Notes under the pieces: generated by a model
What the model saw: only the letters and a program-made list of their open reading frames with translations
Databases searched by the model: none
What the model was told of the DNA's origin: nothing
In this document: in pieces, positions 48,901-52,283 of the stretch
Layout: each line of letters begins with the position of its first letter
How positions within the stretch are numbered: position 1 is the first letter of the stretch
Program-made: the position numbers and the translations under genes
DNA from: Chromera velia
Taxonomy: Eukaryota
Reading direction: 5' to 3'
Assembly (NCBI GenBank): GCA_018398765.1
Contig: JAHBMJ010000259.1
Location: 1-52,283 of the forward strand
DNA: 52,283 nucleotides

Positions 48901-50200
48901 TTCTTAGATTCCTTCGTCGACGCAGGGATCCGGTTGCCCTCTCTGATTCAGGATGCGTTGGCTCTACAACAGCAGCCAGCTGTCACCGACGTAGGAAGCG
49001 TACGAGGAGGGGGAAACGCTTCTCTAAGGCAAAGTGAGAACGGATGAGTTCGGATGAGTGGGACACGGACGCGCCGTCTTCAAACGAATGCAGATCCCTT
49101 TCTCGGCCGGGCCCCTTGACTGTATCATGTTGCAGTCTTAAGCCCCCTCTTATGCAAAAAGAGTCCAATGCACGTGAATATAACCATTGCTCTGTGATGA
49201 AAACAACTAGACAGTGTCCGACTCAACCGCATCAGGAGAAGTTTCACGGTGTGTTTGGGACTTCTTCGGGAGTTTGGGGTGCAGTTGTGCGACAGAGGGA
49301 TGGTTTATCACTTTGTGCAGGAGTGGTAAATGGGGCGGGGAAGGGACATGCCTCGGTGGAGCTAGTGAAATCGGGTCTTTCTGTCAATTCTCTTCGAAGC
49401 AATCGGTTCACGGACAAGGACTTCGTGACGGAAAGGCGTCGCTTGCTTCGTTGTTGCATGCAAACCTTGGATCATCATCAATTGATCCAGTAGAAAGGGG
49501 GGGCGGGCATGCGTATCCGCTAGGCGCCTCGGAGGATCGTTTGGAGGAGCACTACCGGTTTTGCTGTTAAGAGTCCTTGCTTCAGGATTAGACTCCCTGA
49601 GGTTCTCTCCTTTTTCGTTCGTTAGATTCCTTCTTTCCTTTCTTCCAGAACCTTCCTCTAGACCTTCCTTCTTTCCTTCGTGCTTGTTTGACTCGTTTCC
49701 TTTCGTCTTCATAATTTCTTTTGTGACTTCTGCAAATGGGCCCTTGTATGCGCTTGCATGCCCTTACTATTGAAAGAACTCTTTTCCTTCTTAGCAGATC
49801 TTGACCTGTTTGATCGTTCATGTAATCAAGCCAACAGCGATAGATAAATGACAGTGGCAGACCGACGGGGTGTGGATCGGTAGGCTAGAACGGAAGTTGT
49901 TTTGTGTTTCAGGCGGTGTATGACGCGATCGATACCTCCTTATATATGTGCGTGCGTCATCCATCCATACATGCGCGCTGATCTTAGTATGCACATTGCA
50001 TGCATGTATTTTGCATGCATGCATTTGCATTAATACACATCTCTTCAATCAATCGCTGTACATCGCTCATATGGCATTGCCTTACGACAGCTCCGTAAGC
50101 CTCTCTTTTGCATGCCGAAAACTGACAATGCATGTCGGTATGGTCAAGATTCCTCAGCTGTCTGAAGAGGTTAAAGTGATTCTAGCTCCTATATTACTAG
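45920..50200. repeat. 1.72-kb tandem repeat, ~2.5 copies, containing decayed coding-like sequence on the - strand
   Basis: CTAGTGAAATCGGG starts at 45921, 47642 and 49362 (periods 1721, 1720). About 98% identity over the 580 bp I aligned between copies 1 and 2. Confidence 0.95.
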
Positions 50201-50764
50201 ATGTGTCTTACCACTTTTATTTTTTTCCTAAAATATTGTAGTCCGAATATGCAATGATGCATCGATCATAATTGCACAAAAACCTCAATCAACAATTATA
50301 ATTGCAGGAACGTCAATCTCCAGCAAATTAATGAACAACTGTTGTGCAATTCTTGTGCATGCGGTCCCAAAAAACTAGATATGTCTTACCACTTTTATTT
50401 TTTTCCTAAAATATTGTAGTCCCAATATGCAATGATGCATCGATTATAATTGCAGGGACGTCAATCTCCGGCAAATTAATGAATAACTGTTGTGCAACTC
50501 TTGTGCATGCGGTCCCAAAAAACTAGATATGTCTTACCACTTTTATTTTTTTCTTAAAATATTGTGGTCCCAATATGCAATGATGCATCGATTATAATTG
50601 CAGGGATGTCAATCTCCGGCAAATTAATGAATAACTGTTGCGCAACTCTTGTGCATGCGGTCCCAAAAAACTAGATATGTCTTACCACTTTTATTTTTTT
50701 CCTAAAATATTGTAGTCCCAATATGCAATGATGCATCGATTATAATTGCAGGGACGTCAATCTC
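50197..50764. repeat. ~148-bp satellite, right part (~3.7 units)
   Basis: CTAG at 50197, 50375, 50523 and 50671; same unit as 45564-45919. Confidence 0.92.
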
Positions 50765-51980
50765 ATGCGCCTCCTTGCAGGCTCCCACTCTTTCTTTGAA
50801 ATGGCCAGCTTGAATCCGTTGATCAGCTGGTACGTACAAGTTTGAGAAAAAACGGCCCAGAAATGGCTGAGTTCTCAGATTGTCAACTGCCGAAAGGAGA
50901 CGGCTCTGTGAGATAGTCCAATTCCCAAGCGAGATGGTAGGAAAGAGCGAACTGCTGGCCACTGTATGGTTCATCCTTCTCGCCGCCTGGTTGCGGGCTC
51001 TCACACCGCCGGATTGGGTGACGGTCTTGTCCCCATTCCTGTCCATCAACCACCTGGCCGTCTCCTGCCTCCTGCTGTGTAAATATCTTTTGTGGCCAAG
51101 GAGGCAACCTGTGGAGTTTTTCTTGCGGAGATGGCTACAACTTCTCACGTGCAAAGCTGTCTGCTCCACACAACGAGTTCTCTATCCACACCGACACGGG
51201 ACAAAGGACACGGTTGAGCTGAAGGTTTTCTTAGTTTATGAAAGATGGAGAGATCGGGTGCTGGAATTCGTAAAACCAGCCTTCCGTCTCCTCATAGACA
51301 AAGATGAATTGATTCGACTTCTGGAGCTGGGAGAACGGAGAATGGAGGAGATCATTTATCGCTACCTTGTCTCTCCTTTCTTCCTAGCATTTCTTTTCTT
51401 GCAACTCCTCTTTTCTATCCTTATCATTCCTCTGTGTGCTGTCATTCTGGCAAGAGGGTGGGAAGCTTGCACCCACGCCACCGCACTTGGATGGGTCGTC
51501 CTCGCACGAATGTCCATGACCATTGAGGAGGGCCTCCAACTATGTCTTGAGGCAGCAACCGGGCATCGGCAGGCCCAGACAAGTCGAATTACTACACTTT
51601 TCCCCAGGCGGAGACCTCGAGAAAAAAGGTCAGTCGCTCGCATCATCGCTTGTACTGCCTTCCTCATTCTCGTTGCGTCTCCGGCGCTTGCCGCCCATTC
51701 GCCCCCTACGGCCCTGTGTACGCAGACGGTGAAGGGAATCCCTTGGAGTGTCCCCTCCCCTACCTTCTTCTACGCACACATCCAGAGAGTGAGATGCTCC
51801 GGGCACTCAGCCTCCCCCACCTTCGCATCCGAGCTTTGGGCAACCGGCACGGCCCACCGCATAGATCCCCCTGCAAGGTGGATCCACCGCTTTTGCTACC
51901 GCTGGCTCCGTCCCACCAACGTCCCCCTCCTGACCTCACAAGACATCCGCCGTCTAGATCTCCAGCCACTTTCCCCCTGA
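50765..51980 (-). pseudogene. Possible decayed gene (in-register antisense of the 366-aa + ORF), product unknown
   Basis: The - frame reads protein-like (EETEGWFYEFQHPISPSFIN*ENLQLNRVL..., YSGQQFALSYHLAWELDYLTEPSPFG) with several stops including TAA/TAG, and runs into the satellite. Strand assignment is uncertain. Confidence 0.3.
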
Positions 51981-52283
51981 GATGCTTATCTTCTGGCAGG
52001 GCTTGTCGACGAACGTAAGTACACAGGGTTCTTCCACCCCCCACCCACAAAAGCAGATAGAAAGGAAGAAGCCGCAAAGAGAAGACGCAGAGTAGCACCA
52101 TGCTTTTCAGCACAAAGAGCAGACAGACAGCTGGGCCAAGTAGTGACTGGTCATGCCCGAACCCCCTCCTCTGTACCCCCACTTTCCTCCCCGCCTCACG
52201 CACGTCCCAACACCCGCCCGCAGCAAACAGCTTTCTTTGTCGGTGGACTGCTTCAACTCAACTTCAAGAAAAGCTACTGCTGG

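Noticed and set aside
45920..50200. A-B-A-B-A layout resembling tandem LTR/TRIM elements
   Set aside because: No TG...CA ends, PBS or PPT were seen, and the coding-like frame runs across the A/B junction. It is better explained as 2.5 tandem units.
50197..50764. Regularly spaced repeats resembling a CRISPR array
   Set aside because: Whole 148-bp units repeat with no unique spacers; there are no cas genes and the context is eukaryotic.
50880..51980. 366-aa + strand ORF as a membrane protein
   Set aside because: It starts at TTG, has no recognisable motif, and its Leu/Phe richness fits an antisense shadow of a decayed - strand gene. Not fully excluded.

Overview
Eukaryotic, intron- and microsatellite-rich genomic DNA. 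My inference is a plastid-bearing alveolate of the chromerid (Chromera-like) type, based on a signal peptide + Phe bipartite leader, TGCATGCA-rich spacers, C-x-HG/CxxCGG zinc repeats and tetranucleotide-microsatellite introns. There are two head-to-head gene pairs. The first is a 4-exon zinc-LID adenylate kinase (-) opposite an 11-exon, probably plastid-targeted ABC1/ADCK atypical kinase (+); a tRNA-Gln-like gene with an aberrant anticodon arm lies antisense in the first adk intron. The second is a 17-exon, ~2,080-aa fusion gene (-) (AlkB-type 2OG-Fe(II) oxygenase, DUF924, FSH1 serine hydrolase, 4x DGRLDLCKQ repeats, RI-like LRRs) opposite a single-exon signal-peptide protein (+). Two decayed accessory islands (~12-25.3 kb and ~41.3-52.3 kb) hold a 5'-truncated LINE, three TIR elements with clear target-site duplications (one carrying a captured exon), chromodomain, Prim-Pol/PriCT-2 primase, RING and zinc-repeat pseudogenes, and a 1.72-kb tandem array inserted into a 148-bp satellite. 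The strongest unexplained signals are (a) a pervasive CpA->TpA / TpG->TpA (RIP-like) mutation pattern in repeats and accessory genes, and (b) a small hairpin element that repeatedly sits between duplicated copies of exon-intron junctions. Gene models were spliced by hand and no database searches were run.
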